A stretch of 64,000 bases of DNA from an uncultured Rhodobacteraceae bacterium (GCA_905182105.1 CAJJAR010000014.1:32565-96564); one strand, 5' to 3'; shown: positions 9,897 to 20,925, numbered from the stretch's first letter. The notes: generated by a model from the letters alone, not told the origin. Program-made: numbers and translations.

Positions 9897-11276
9897 TTAA
9901 CCAGCACCAAACACTTCACCAACAAATGCTGTCAAATCGCCCATTTGATTGAGGGATATGCCATTCACGTCTATCGTTTTTCCACCGGTAGGTGCGATTG
10001 CCGACGTAAAACCAAGTTTTTGCGCTTCTTTCAACCTGTTTTCGGTCTGTGGGGCCGGTCTTAGGGCCCCGGATAGACTTATTTCGCCAAAAACAACGGC
10101 ACCTTCGGGCAAAGCAGTGTCTTCACGCGCACTTACCAAGGCTGCAGCAACAGCCAAGTCAGCGGCGGGTTCGCTAATTTTCATGCCACCAGCAACGTTC
10201 AGGTACACATCAAGTCCCGTAAAGGGGATGCCGCAACGCGATTCCAGAACAGCCAAGATCATTGCCAAACGTCCACCGTCCCAGCCAACGACTGTTCGAC
10301 GAGGTTGGGAATGGGGACTTGGGGCAACGAGGGCTTGAAGCTCGACCAAAACGGGACGAGTTCCTTCGACACCTGCAAATACGACTGAGCCGGGGCTGGG
10401 TTCGCCGCGTTCACTTAGGAACAGGGCTGATGGATTAGTAACTTGAGACAAGCCACGACCTGTCATTTCAAAAACGCCGATTTCGTCGGATGGACCAAAG
10501 CGGTTTTTTACGGCGCGAAGGATACGGAATTGATGACCTCGTTCGCCCTCGAAATATAATACTGTGTCTACCATGTGTTCCACAACACGTGGGCCAGCGA
10601 TTTGACCATCTTTGGTAACGTGACCCACTAAAACGACAGAAATGCCATTTCGCTTGGCAAAGGTGGTCAGCTCATGTGCTGCACTGCGAACCTGACTGAC
10701 AGAGCCAGGAGCGCTGTCGACGGTGTCAGACCACATGGTTTGAATGGAATCGATGATGACCAGTTGAGGTTTTTCTACCTCAAGGGTGGTCAGAATGTTG
10801 CGTAAGTTGGTTTCGGCAGCGAGTTTGACAGGTGCGTTGGCAAGACCCAAACGTTTTGCGCGCATACGCACCTGAGCGTTGGCTTCCTCGCCAGACACGT
10901 AAATGGTTTTCAAGCCAGCATTTGCGAACTGAGCTGCAGCCTGAAGCAAAAGGGTTGATTTTCCGATTCCTGGATCTCCGCCAACCAAAATTGCAGAAGA
11001 CGGGACCAAGCCTCCACCTAAAACGCGGTCAAGTTCATTCATCCCAGAATGGGTGCGTGGGGGCGGGGCCTCTTCGGTAGCAAGGTCGGTCAGTTCAATG
11101 GTACTGCCGCGCCTTGCACCGATGGACTTACTTGCTTTGCCACTCGGGCCTGACGTTGAAAGGCCTGTGTCCTCAGAGATTGTATTCCAATCGCCGCAGC
11201 CATCGCAGCGCCCTGACCATTTGTTCGAGCTGGCACCGCAGGCGGAACATGTGAAGGTGGTTGTTAATTTTACCAT
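9897..11276 (-). CDS. radA: DNA repair protein RadA/Sms
   Basis: C4 zinc finger, GGDPGIGKSTLL, KNRFG motif and Lon-like C-terminus. Confidence 0.98.
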   Translation of the reverse strand: MVKLTTTFTCSACGASSNKWSGRCDGCGDWNTISEDTGLSTSGPSGKASKSIGARRGSTIELTDLATEEAPPPRTHSGMNELDRVLGGGLVPSSAILVGGDPGIGKSTLLLQAAAQFANAGLKTIYVSGEEANAQVRMRAKRLGLANAPVKLAAETNLRNILTTLEVEKPQLVIIDSIQTMWSDTVDSAPGSVSQVRSAAHELTTFAKRNGISVVLVGHVTKDGQIAGPRVVEHMVDTVLYFEGERGHQFRILRAVKNRFGPSDEIGVFEMTGRGLSQVTNPSALFLSERGEPSPGSVVFAGVEGTRPVLVELQALVAPSPHSQPRRTVVGWDGGRLAMILAVLESRCGIPFTGLDVYLNVAGGMKISEPAADLAVAAALVSAREDTALPEGAVVFGEISLSGALRPAPQTENRLKEAQKLGFTSAIAPTGGKTIDVNGISLNQMGDLTAFVGEVFGAG

Positions 11277-11325
11277 AGGGCTTATGTGCCTGAGCTATCG
11301 CTTGGCGTCAAAACTTAATTGCCAC

Positions 11326-12086
11326 TTATTCGGCCGTTTTGGGTGTCAGCTCAACAACGGTGTTGTCTGCACGAACAACAGTTTTGAGCCCAAGTTCTGG
11401 AAGCACATCTTTAAGTTCTTCGCGAGGGCGATCCAATTGGGCGGCAGTGACAGATTCTTCTAGCTCAATTTTGTGATGCCAGTGTTTCAATTCGATGCTG
11501 ACTATTTTATCTTGGCCCAAACGGTCGTTAAATTGCTGTCACTCGAATTGGTGGTGCTCAAGAAAACCGCGGGCGCGTGCAACGCGATCATTTGAGTAGA
11601 CCTCTGCCAGTTCTTTGGAAATGTGAGGCATCTGAGCGGCGACTTCTAGAACAGCTGGTTCAAGAGATGATAGCTCTGGGTGATCACGCAGATAGACGAG
11701 GCGCTCGCGTACGCTGTCAAATTTATTGCTGAGGCGAAAAGCATCACCGCGGTCTGCGGCGCGAACAGCGCCATAAGCGCGAGATACATTATTCATACCG
11801 ATCGAAAACTGGCGGCGCGAATTTTCAAGCTGAATAATGCGGCTGTTGGACGGAAGGAAAAAGCAAATACCAACGGCAAGGATGGTTATGCCTATTTGAA
11901 CAAACATCCCAGCATTTGGTATGGTTTGACCATTCCAGCGCAAGTTCACTTTAATCCAGGGCAACATGCCGAAGCTTGCGGCGATTGTAGCGCACAAAAT
12001 TACCAGGGACGCACAGGCGAACACAAGCAAAGCAAGTCTTTGCATTAAATTTTGAACGACAAGGCCAAGGCCTTAAGTTGGAACAC
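11326..12086 (-). pseudogene. Disrupted membrane-anchored Roseobacter hypothetical (often labelled 'DNA repair protein')
   Basis: GGGGAGGG RBS with GTG at 12086; 1-nt frameshift near 12068 (MFQLKA/GLVVQNLMQRLAL); in-frame TGA at 11539-11541 joining ORFs 11539..12045 and 11326..11520 (FE*QQFNDRLGQ). Confidence 0.72.
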
Positions 12087-12227
12087 GTCAGACCCTCCCC
12101 CAGAAGCGTTAGACTGTTGATGAGCGAACGCACGCTTATTGGTTGTTTTCGCGAGGGGAAATTTACCTTCTTGGCTCATTGTTACTCTAAGAGCGGCCGA
12201 GTAATCACAATTGTTGCAAATTAGAGT

Positions 12228-12671
12228 TTAATCAAATGCTTGTGGTTCGGACTGTTTACTAAGCAGGGACACAAGAAGTGATGCGATGATACATGCGGTG
12301 AACAAATAGAGCCCCCATGCAGTTTCGATACGTCCGAACCCGATTCCCTCCGATAAGGTAATATACAACGCAATTAAAAAGATATCTGCCATCGCTAGTT
12401 TTCCAAGGATGTGTAGTGTTGGCAGCAGCCTTTGGCTCAGGAGGTTCCAATGCAGTAATGCCAAACCGATTGTCTTTGCGTAGGGAGCAAATAAAGCAAA
12501 AACTGTTACAACAAGCGCAAGAAACACATCTGTTTTCCATAATGATTGCAAACCACTCATTACGCTGATTCCTTTGAGGCCAAACAACGGGAGCAATCCA
12601 GCATTCATAAGTGGGGCAAACCATGCAATGGGATAAAGGATCAAAAGGAACAGATTGGTATAACGCAACAT
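12228..12671 (-). CDS. Single-domain paraquat-inducible protein A (PqiA)-family membrane protein
   Basis: ISVMSGLQSLW, FALFAPYAK and LGKLAMADIFLIA motifs; four TM segments. Confidence 0.8.
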   Translation of the reverse strand: MLRYTNLFLLILYPIAWFAPLMNAGLLPLFGLKGISVMSGLQSLWKTDVFLALVVTVFALFAPYAKTIGLALLHWNLLSQRLLPTLHILGKLAMADIFLIALYITLSEGIGFGRIETAWGLYLFTACIIASLLVSLLSKQSEPQAFD

Positions 12672-12709
12672 AGGAAACCTACTTTTAACACCGTATGTAT
12701 ATGGGCGAC

Positions 12710-13456
12710 CTAGCGGACCGCTTCAATGGGGCCGATTGCGCGACCATGGATGAATTGGTCAAGAAAGGGGTCGCCTGACGTATCAATATCGCCCACAGGG
12801 CCAGACCATTGAATAACGCCGTCATGTAACATTGCCACATTGTCAGCAATTGCGCGAACGGAGGCCATATCATGGGTGATGGTTATGGCAGTCGCGCCCA
12901 TTTCCACAACGATTTCGCGGATCAGATCGTTGATGACGCCAGCCATAATCGGGTCAAGGCCAGTCGTTGGTTCATCAAAAAAGATAATTTCGGGATCCGC
13001 TGCTATGGCACGGGCAAGGCCAACACGCTTTTGCATGCCGCCAGATAATTCTGCGGGCAATCTGTCTGCTACTTCTGGGGTCAACCCAACGCGCCGTAGC
13101 TTTTCTATGGCGATCTGTCGGGCTTCGTCCTTTGGGCGTTTGAGTGAGCCGCGCAGAAGACGGAAAGCAACGTTCTGCCAAACTGGAAGGCTGTCGAACA
13201 ATGCGGCACCTTGGAACAACATGCCAAAACGAGCCAAGAATGCGTCGCGATCGGTCTGGGTGACATCCTGACCATCCACAGTTATTTTCCCTGCGTCAGG
13301 TGTGATCAAACCCAGAACAGACTTGATTGTGATTGATTTACCTGTTCCAGAACCACCAATAATTACCAAGGATGTTCCGCGATCTACAGTAAGGTCAACA
13401 CCGCGCAGTACATGATTGTTTCCAAAAGATTTTGTGATGCCAATAAGTTCGATCAT
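12710..13456 (-). CDS. mlaF: MlaF/Ttg2A-type ABC transporter ATP-binding protein
   Basis: GGSGTGKS, GMLFQGAALFDS, LSGGMQKRVGLARA and DEPTTGLDP; start trimmed to the ATGA overlap with mlaE. Confidence 0.88.
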   Translation of the reverse strand: MIELIGITKSFGNNHVLRGVDLTVDRGTSLVIIGGSGTGKSITIKSVLGLITPDAGKITVDGQDVTQTDRDAFLARFGMLFQGAALFDSLPVWQNVAFRLLRGSLKRPKDEARQIAIEKLRRVGLTPEVADRLPAELSGGMQKRVGLARAIAADPEIIFFDEPTTGLDPIMAGVINDLIREIVVEMGATAITITHDMASVRAIADNVAMLHDGVIQWSGPVGDIDTSGDPFLDQFIHGRAIGPIEAVR

Positions 13457-14226
13457 AGTGAGAAAAATACCCCTGTCAGAACGAAGTTCGCACCTAGAAT
13501 CAAGACTGCGGCAGCTTCCACTGATCCTTTGGTTGCACTGCCAACGCCCTGAGCGCCGCGGCCAGAATTCATGCCGTAATAACATCCCATCAGTGCAGCA
13601 ATAAATCCAAACATCGCACCTTTGGCGAGTGAAGACACAACGTCTTTCAGTTCTAAAAAGTCTAAGGTGTTACGAATATAGGCCGCAGTATTAAACCCTA
13701 GTGTGCTTGTTGCCACGGCGTATCCACCGAAGATGCCGATGATGTCACCAACGGCAACCAGCACTGGGACAACAATGGTAGCGGCCAAAACACGTGGAAC
13801 GGTCAGGTATTTCATAGGGTGGGTAGACAACGTCACAAGCGCATCGATCTGCTCAGTAACCTTCATCGTCGCAATTTCAGCAGCGATTGACGAAGTTACA
13901 CGCGCGGCAATCATCAGCCCAACCAGAACGGGACCAAGTTCACGTACCATGCCGATGGCTACGATTTGGGGAACCACAGCTTCTGCACTAAATCGGGCAC
14001 TGCCTGCGTAGATTTGCAGCGCAAGTGCGGCACCCGTGAACAGAGAGGTCAGGCCAACAACGGGCAGGGACAACCAGCCGATGTTCAAAAAGGAAATGGC
14101 CAATTCACGTAGATAGAATGGTCCGCGTACAATATGACCAAGCGTTTGCCCTGCAAAAATGGAGATACGCCCAATTGCAGCAATTAGCCCAAGAAACGCT
14201 CGACCTATGGAAGCCAGCAGCTTCAT
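13453..14226 (-). CDS. mlaE: MlaE-family ABC permease
   Basis: [16 protein letters not shown] and [15 protein letters not shown] motifs. Confidence 0.92.
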   Translation of the reverse strand: MKLLASIGRAFLGLIAAIGRISIFAGQTLGHIVRGPFYLRELAISFLNIGWLSLPVVGLTSLFTGAALALQIYAGSARFSAEAVVPQIVAIGMVRELGPVLVGLMIAARVTSSIAAEIATMKVTEQIDALVTLSTHPMKYLTVPRVLAATIVVPVLVAVGDIIGIFGGYAVATSTLGFNTAAYIRNTLDFLELKDVVSSLAKGAMFGFIAALMGCYYGMNSGRGAQGVGSATKGSVEAAAVLILGANFVLTGVFFSL

Positions 14227-15257
14227 TCTAGGTAGGTCCGTGCGTATCGATTGCCCATTGCGGTAAGGATTTCATAACCTATGGTTCCAGCAAAACTAGC
14301 CACAGTATCAACGGATTGATGCGCACCCAACAATTGCAGTGTAGCTGGAACCTCAGGCAGGTGGGACACATCTGCTGTTATTAGGTCCATAGAAACACGT
14401 CCAATGACAGGAACTTGGATGTTGCCAGCAAAAAGGCGTGCGCCGTCTCCCATCGCGCGGATCAGCCCGTCAGCATAGCCAGCGGCAATTGTTGCAACAT
14501 TGCTATCCTGCCCGGCGACCCAGCGATTGCCGTAACCCACTGTTTCGCCTTGGGCGACTTTTCTGGTTTGGATCACTGGAATATCCAATGTGACCACGGC
14601 CTGTGAATCCTCATAAGGCATACCACCGTAAAGTCCGATTCCGGGCCTGGTCATGTCAACGTGATAGTCTTTCCCAAGCAAAACACCACCTGTCGCCGCC
14701 AATGAACATGGTACATCCAACCCATCGGTCATTTCCCGAAAGGCTTTGAGTTGATGGCGGTTCATTGGATGATCAGGTTCGTCAGCACACGCCAAATGAG
14801 ACATGATCAGTGTTGGTTTCTGTGAAAGAGCAATGTCTCGCACTGCGGACCATTCTTCAGGCTCCATGCCCAGTCGGTTCATACCGCTGTCTAATTGGAT
14901 ACCAAATGGGGCCGCTGGTAATGCCTCGACGTGGCGTAGCATTTGGTCAACGGAGTTGATCATTGGCGTTAATTCTGAGCTACGAATGATATCGGTGTCG
15001 CCGTCCATATGGCCGGAGAAGACGTTTATTGTTGGGCCTGAACCAAGTGCAGTGCGTAAAATCACACCTTCTTCGGCGGCTGCTACAAAAAATGTACGTG
15101 CCCCTGCTTTGGCAAGAACCCGCGCCACAGAGGGTGCTCCCAAGCCATAGCCATTTGCCTTAACGACAGCCGCGGTTTCGCAGTTTGTCATTGCATCCAA
15201 AGCGCGCCAATTGTTGACGACGGCGTTTAAATCTATTGTTAGTCTTGCTGTACCCAT
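14223..15257 (-). CDS. alr: Alanine racemase
   Basis: [14 protein letters not shown] lysine, [14 protein letters not shown] and GTIGYEIL. Confidence 0.97.
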   Translation of the reverse strand: MGTARLTIDLNAVVNNWRALDAMTNCETAAVVKANGYGLGAPSVARVLAKAGARTFFVAAAEEGVILRTALGSGPTINVFSGHMDGDTDIIRSSELTPMINSVDQMLRHVEALPAAPFGIQLDSGMNRLGMEPEEWSAVRDIALSQKPTLIMSHLACADEPDHPMNRHQLKAFREMTDGLDVPCSLAATGGVLLGKDYHVDMTRPGIGLYGGMPYEDSQAVVTLDIPVIQTRKVAQGETVGYGNRWVAGQDSNVATIAAGYADGLIRAMGDGARLFAGNIQVPVIGRVSMDLITADVSHLPEVPATLQLLGAHQSVDTVASFAGTIGYEILTAMGNRYARTYLE

Positions 15258-15329
15258 AATTCGGTTTTGACAGGGCGGCGCGTGGGGTCAAGAGGAAATC
15301 TGTTTTATGCCGTTGCATAACGGCTGGAA

Positions 15330-16832
15330 TTAGAATTCTTGATCGTTGCGTCCACTATCTTGCCAAGGCTGCGCGAGGTTGCCAAAGCGCGTGAACTTAC
15401 CTTCAAAGGAAAGGTCAACAGTGCCAATTGGGCCGTGACGTTGTTTGCCAATAACAACCTCAGCGCGACCATGTAAGCGCTCCATCTCTTCTTGCCAGCG
15501 TGCCATGGCTTCAAGGTCGTGATCGCCAGGTTTTTCACGCTCTTTGTAGTATTCTTCGCGGTAAACGAACATAACAACGTCGGCGTCTTGCTCAATTGAA
15601 CCAGATTCACGAAGGTCAGAGAGTTTTGGGCGTTTATCTTCGCGGTTTTCAACCTGACGCGAAAGCTGGGACAGCGCTATCACAGGGATCTGCAGTTCCT
15701 TGGCAATCGCTTTCATACCCATCGTAATTTCGGAAATTTCGTTCACACGGTTTTCTGAACGACCTGTGCCACGCACCAGCTGAAGGTAGTCGATGATCAA
15801 CAAGTCTAGCCCATGTGTCCGTTTCAAGCGACGGGCACGCGCAGCCAATTGGCTGATTGGTAGGGCAGGTGTGTCGTCGATGAACAGAGGACATGCCTCA
15901 AGCGACTTTGCGGCATCAACAAAGCGACGGAATTCAGTTTCGGTCATGTCACCACGACGAATTTGCTCTGATGGCACCTGAGACGCTTCAGACAGAATAC
16001 GTGCCGCCAACTGGTCGGCGCTCATCTCAAGGGAATAAAAACCTACAACGCCACCCTCGACAGCCCCCTCAGATCCATCGTGCTTTTTGCCTTTTTTGTA
16101 GGCTTTGGCCACGTTAAACGCGATGTTGGTAGCAAGTGAAGTTTTCCCCATAGATGGACGACCCGCGAGGATCAAAAGGTCAGACGGATGCAAGCCGCCC
16201 AGCTTTTTGTCCATATCTATTAAGCCTGTGGAGATACCAGACATGCCACCATCACGCTGATATGCGGTGTTGGCTAAATTCACAGCCTCGGTCACAGCCT
16301 TCAGAAAACTTTGAAAACCACTTTCTGCTTGGCCTTGTTCCGCAAGTTTGTAAAGCTGCTGCTCGGCTTCCACGATTTGTTCGAGCGGCTCCGAATCCAC
16401 GTTCACTTGAGCTGCTTTGGCGCTGATATCACGGCCCAAAAGGATCAAGTCACGGCGCACAGCCAGATCGTAAATCATCTGTGCGTAGTCACGCAAAGCG
16501 AACGCGCTGACAGCAGCACCTGCAAGACGGGCAAGATACGCTGCGCCACCAAGTTCGTTTAGGCCCTCATCATCTGCCATGAAGGATTTGAGGGTAACGG
16601 GGCTGGCTAGGTTGTTTTTTGCAATTCGAGCAGCGGCGATGTCAAAGATGCGGCCATGAACTGGCTCATAAAAGTGTTTTTCACCAATGATCGAAGCAAT
16701 GCGGTCATATACATCATTATTCGTCAGAATCGCACCCAACAATTGCTGTTCCGCCTCGATTGAGTGAGGCATAGTTTCAGCTGCCTGAACTTCAGGGATG
16801 CCGGATACTGGAATACTGCTAATTTCGTTCAT
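15330..16832 (-). CDS. dnaB: Replicative DNA helicase
   Basis: PHSIEAEQ, GRPSMGKT, IIDYLQL and SDLRESGSIEQDAD; normal length, no intein. Confidence 0.98.
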   Translation of the reverse strand: MNEISSIPVSGIPEVQAAETMPHSIEAEQQLLGAILTNNDVYDRIASIIGEKHFYEPVHGRIFDIAAARIAKNNLASPVTLKSFMADDEGLNELGGAAYLARLAGAAVSAFALRDYAQMIYDLAVRRDLILLGRDISAKAAQVNVDSEPLEQIVEAEQQLYKLAEQGQAESGFQSFLKAVTEAVNLANTAYQRDGGMSGISTGLIDMDKKLGGLHPSDLLILAGRPSMGKTSLATNIAFNVAKAYKKGKKHDGSEGAVEGGVVGFYSLEMSADQLAARILSEASQVPSEQIRRGDMTETEFRRFVDAAKSLEACPLFIDDTPALPISQLAARARRLKRTHGLDLLIIDYLQLVRGTGRSENRVNEISEITMGMKAIAKELQIPVIALSQLSRQVENREDKRPKLSDLRESGSIEQDADVVMFVYREEYYKEREKPGDHDLEAMARWQEEMERLHGRAEVVIGKQRHGPIGTVDLSFEGKFTRFGNLAQPWQDSGRNDQEF

Positions 16833-16898
16833 GATGTCCCCGTATGCCGTACAGCGTTATTAGAGTTTGTTTTAAACGTCAAAGGTGGGGCAGCGCAA

Positions 16899-16918
16899 TC
16901 TGGATATCTTGTGGATAT
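16899..16918. promoter_or_regulatory. Degenerate tandem DnaA-box-like sites upstream of dnaB
   Basis: TCTGGATAT (16899) and TGTGGATAT (16910) compared with consensus TGTGGATAA. Confidence 0.4.
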
Positions 16919-16989
16919 GTTTCGCTTGGTGGGGAGTATACCGTATCTGGGATCAAAAGTTAACTCTGACCCTAGATACGGTGTTTTTC

Positions 16990-17670
16990 TTAAGGTTTTT
17001 TATTGGCTTCTTGCCAGCCACGTGGATCGTTTAGGAAGGCTTCGACGCCTTTGATCGTTTCGGCATCAAACGCACCGGAGTCCTTAGCTTCGGCCAGAAC
17101 ATCCCACCATGTGCAAAGGTAATGTAGGTCAACTCCATGATCGCCCAAGGTCTTTTCCGTTTCAGGAAAAATACCGTAGTAAAAAATCACAGCAGTGTGG
17201 GCACAAGTTGCACCAGTTTCGCGAATCGCATCAACAAATGACAGTTTTGAACCACCGTCAGTTGTTAGGTCTTCGACCAGCAAAACACGTTCGCCTTCGT
17301 TCATTTGACCTTCGATGCGTGCATTGCGACCATAGCCTTTTGGCTTTTTGCGTACATAGGTCATTGGAAGTGCCATACGTTCCGCAACAAGAGCTGCGAA
17401 CGGAATACCTGCGGTTTCACCACCTGCAATGTTGTCGAAGGCTTCGAAGCCCGCGTTGCGCATTGTTGTGACGGTCAAGAAGTCCATCAATGTTGAACGG
17501 ATGCGTGGATAGCTGATTAGTTTGCGGCAATCGATATATGTTGGGCTTGGTAGGCCTGAAGCCAGCGTGAATGGCTCTGCAGTGTTAAAGTGCACGGCTT
17601 TGATTTCAAGCAGCATGCGGGCGGTCAGGCGGGCCATTTCTTTTGCGTCTGGGTAGCTTGTCGGGATCAT
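16990..17670 (-). CDS. pyrE: Orotate phosphoribosyltransferase
   Basis: [26 protein letters not shown] and [10 protein letters not shown]. Confidence 0.96.
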   Translation of the reverse strand: MIPTSYPDAKEMARLTARMLLEIKAVHFNTAEPFTLASGLPSPTYIDCRKLISYPRIRSTLMDFLTVTTMRNAGFEAFDNIAGGETAGIPFAALVAERMALPMTYVRKKPKGYGRNARIEGQMNEGERVLLVEDLTTDGGSKLSFVDAIRETGATCAHTAVIFYYGIFPETEKTLGDHGVDLHYLCTWWDVLAEAKDSGAFDAETIKGVEAFLNDPRGWQEANKKP

Positions 17671-17715
17671 GTCGTGTCCTTTGTTTAGGCAGTCTTGATT
17701 TGTAGCAAGCGCGTG

Positions 17716-18753
17716 TTACTCAACGCGCCAATTCAGATCAAAGCCCGGATCGAAAACCGTGACGGGGCCGTCAGGTGTTTCAACATGGCTTGGGTAGGTG
17801 ACTGGGTCACCCTTGGTCAACGTGATAGTATCCTCATTTGCTGGCAGGTCATAAAATGCTGGACCGTTCAGGGATGTAAAACGCTCCAATTTGTCGAGAG
17901 CGCCGTCTTCTTCAAACGCTTGAGCAAGGATCGACATTGTATTGAGTGCAGTAAAGCAACCGGCACAGCCACATGGCAACAGTTTGTTCGCATCGGTGTG
18001 TGGAGCGCTGTCGGTTCCTAAGAAGAAACGGGCCTCACCAGATGTAGCAGCATCGCGTAATGCAAGACGGTGTTCTTCGCGTTTGGCGACAGGCAGGCAA
18101 TAGTAGTGCGGCTTGATCCCGCCAGCTAGGATGTGATTGCGGTTGATGACCAAGTGGTGTGTGGTGATTGTTGCACCCAATGTTTCGTCTTGGCTGCGCG
18201 CATAATCAACGGCGTTTGAGGTTGTGATGTGTTCCATAACCACGCGCAAACCTGGTGTGGTGCGGCGAATTGGGTCTAGGACGCGATCGATAAATACCGC
18301 TTCACGATCGAAAATATCGATATCGCTGTCAGTGACTTCACCGTGCACGCAGAGCGGCAAGCCAATTTCAGCCATACGCTCAAGCGTTGGACGAACACTG
18401 TCGAAATGGCTGACACCTGAGGCAGAGTTTGTCGTAGCGCCAGAAGGATAAAGTTTGACCGCTTTGATAAGGCCAGAAGCATGGGCCGCCGCCACATCAT
18501 CAGGGTCAGTTTGCTCGGTTAAATACAGTGTCATCAACGGTTCAAACTTAGAACCGTCGGGTAGGGCGCCCAGAATGCGATCGCGATACCCTGCGGCATC
18601 TGCTGACGTGACAACAGGCGGAACTAGGTTCGGCATAATAATCGCACGTGCAAAATGTTTGGAAGTGTACGGCAAAATCGCGCGCAGCATATTGCCGTCG
18701 CGCAGGTGAAGGTGCCAATCGTCGGGGCGTCTAAGCGTGATCTTTAATTTCAT
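17716..18753 (-). CDS. pyrC: Dihydroorotase (homodimeric type)
   Basis: Start placed at [20 protein letters not shown]; [11 protein letters not shown] and FLGTDSAPH motifs. The extra 126 aa in the ORF track belong to the upstream pseudogene. Confidence 0.95.
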   Translation of the reverse strand: MKLKITLRRPDDWHLHLRDGNMLRAILPYTSKHFARAIIMPNLVPPVVTSADAAGYRDRILGALPDGSKFEPLMTLYLTEQTDPDDVAAAHASGLIKAVKLYPSGATTNSASGVSHFDSVRPTLERMAEIGLPLCVHGEVTDSDIDIFDREAVFIDRVLDPIRRTTPGLRVVMEHITTSNAVDYARSQDETLGATITTHHLVINRNHILAGGIKPHYYCLPVAKREEHRLALRDAATSGEARFFLGTDSAPHTDANKLLPCGCAGCFTALNTMSILAQAFEEDGALDKLERFTSLNGPAFYDLPANEDTITLTKGDPVTYPSHVETPDGPVTVFDPGFDLNWRVE

Positions 18754-19722
18754 GCCAATCGCGTTAGCACGCAGGGCGGTTCTAAGCCAGTCCTCAGCAG
18801 TGAGTTTTGCATCGAGCGCTTTTAATTTACGTTCGAAAGGTGGTGCCCTACCCGGTGCAATAACATGATTGCAAATCGCTTGCGTTAGATGATTACGTTC
18901 TTGCGCATCAACCTTTTGCATTAAATCGCGTAAATAACGTCTGTTGCCGCGGCGTGTGCGAAACAGCTTTGCAAACCTAAGATTGGTCAAATTATCGTCG
19001 CTTGCAGCAATTAGAAGCGGTTTCAAAATCTCCATCTTCATCATTTCGAACTGCAATGCCGAACCTATGTTTGGCATGCGTAACTTTTTGACATTTGAAC
19101 GTGTGAACATGGCGGCATGCGCTGCATCCATTTGTTCGTAGGGATCAAAAATAACTTATGCTTGTTCAGCTATGACCAATACATCAGGCGCATAACCATA
19201 GCGGCTAGTGAAGTCGGCACGGCGCATCTTTCTGTGACGACTATCCCATACGGTCACCCGTGGGTCGAGTGTTGCCTGTGGTTGGACCGCGACCACTGTT
19301 GCACCTGGGGCAGCAACAGAAAATGCTGCAGCTGCGTAACCACAAGGACCTGAGCCGTAAAACACGACTTGATCCAATTCATCAAAAAAGCCGTAATCAA
19401 CCAATCGATCAAAATAGGCCTAAACTTTTGGATCGCGAAACCAAGTGTTGCCATCGGAAACGATACACAAATGTGGCCAACCGTTTTCTTTGAACAATTC
19501 CCAGCCGAAAGGTTGGGACGTTTTCGATAGATCACGATGGTTAGGAACGGTCTCGAACGTTACCAAAAGGATTGGCTTGTCTTTTATAAAGGTAGCAAAA
19601 TGCTGTTTTCCGAGCGGTTAAAAATAGCCATGGTCCTCCGAAATCTTAGAGGTTCTCTTAAGCCATGGCCCGTTAGGCAGATCGGCCAAAGACGTGTCGA
19701 ATATGCTTAGATCGTCTTGCAT
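18754..19722 (-). pseudogene. Conserved Roseobacter hypothetical (alpha/beta-hydrolase-like, often labelled PAPS reductase) with three nonsense codons and a lost stop
   Basis: One frame from ATG 19722 (MQDDLSIFDTSLADL...LLVTFET...GNTWFRDP...FYGSGPCGYAAAAFS...QPQATLDP) with TAA 19618-20, TAG 19420-22 and TAA 19156-58; the last fragment runs in frame into pyrC. Confidence 0.8.
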
Positions 19723-20013
19723 TTACGTTATCCACAATTGTTCGCTTCCACCTTTTTTTGGCGGGTTCTTGATTGGGGATATTCCTAAAATATGGTAAAA
19801 TTTTGTAGAACACGGTCCAATTGTCGGCCTTTTGGGAGGAGAAAACACGTTTTCTCATGATGGATTCCCCTAGTGAGTGTTTTTCAGTCTGGGATCGTAA
19901 TTTGGTCGCGACCTCTTTGGTTCTGGTGGCACCATGAAATGAACGCGTGATTTAGAATCTAGGGTTGACCGATGCGTCAAGCAATGCGCCATTGTAAGAT
20001 AGGGAGACCGCCA

Positions 20014-20925
20014 ATGAATAACATTTCATCTATCGATGCAGTCCAAACCATGCTTGCAGAACAAGGATACATTTGCAGTCGCGCACTTGGGACGGTTGTT
20101 TTCCTTTCCCTCAAGCTGGATCGACCGCTTTTCTTGGAAGGCGAGGCTGGTGTTGGCAAAACGGAAATCGCCAAAGCATTGGCCGCGAGTATGGGCAAAC
20201 GACTTATTCGGTTACAATGTTATGAAGGATTGGACGCCGCGACGGCCGTCTATGAGTGGAACTTCCCTGCCCAAATGATCGCAATTCGCACAGCGGAAGC
20301 CTCAGGAGGCACCGACCGCGCAGCACTTCAGACAGAGTTATTTAGCGATGAATTCTTGATTGAACGCCCGTTACTGCAAGCGATGCGTCCTGACGAAAAC
20401 GGTGCGCCCGTGCTTTTGATTGATGAACTTGATCGCACAGATGAGCCTTTTGAGGCCTTCTTGCTAGAGGCACTTAGTGATTTTCAGGTGACGATCCCAG
20501 AACTTGGTACGATCAAGGCACCAGAACCGCCCATTGTTATTGTAACATCTAACCGTACCCGTGAAGTTCATGACGCCTTAAAGCGACGTTGTCTGTATCA
20601 CTGGGTCGACTATCCGAATTTTGAACGGGAAATGGAAATCCTGACCGCGCAGGCACCAGAAGCTGCAGAAACTTTAAGCCGCGAAATTGTTGCTTTTGTT
20701 CAGCACCTGAGAACCGAAGACTTGTTCAAAAAGCCTGGCGTTGCAGAGACGATTGATTGGGCGAAATGTTTGCTGGCATTAGATGTGATTGCGCTAAGTC
20801 CCGAAGCAATTGCTGACACATTGGGGGCAATTCTGAAGTATCAAGATGATATTTCTAAACTGCATGGATCTGAAGCAAAACGAATTTTGGATCAGGCCAA
20901 AGCGTCCTTAGAGCAATCACAGTGA
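20014..20925 (+). CDS. coxD: MoxR-family AAA+ ATPase, CoxD type
   Basis: LEGEAGVGKT, RLQCYEGLD, LIDELDR and HDALKRRC; GGGAGA RBS before ATG 20014. Confidence 0.85.
   Translation: MNNISSIDAVQTMLAEQGYICSRALGTVVFLSLKLDRPLFLEGEAGVGKTEIAKALAASMGKRLIRLQCYEGLDAATAVYEWNFPAQMIAIRTAEASGGTDRAALQTELFSDEFLIERPLLQAMRPDENGAPVLLIDELDRTDEPFEAFLLEALSDFQVTIPELGTIKAPEPPIVIVTSNRTREVHDALKRRCLYHWVDYPNFEREMEILTAQAPEAAETLSREIVAFVQHLRTEDLFKKPGVAETIDWAKCLLALDVIALSPEAIADTLGAILKYQDDISKLHGSEAKRILDQAKASLEQSQ

Noticed and set aside
17716-19131. 471-aa PyrC with a novel N-terminal domain
   Set aside because: The extension is the C-terminal third of the upstream pseudogene; the canonical PyrC start is at 18753.
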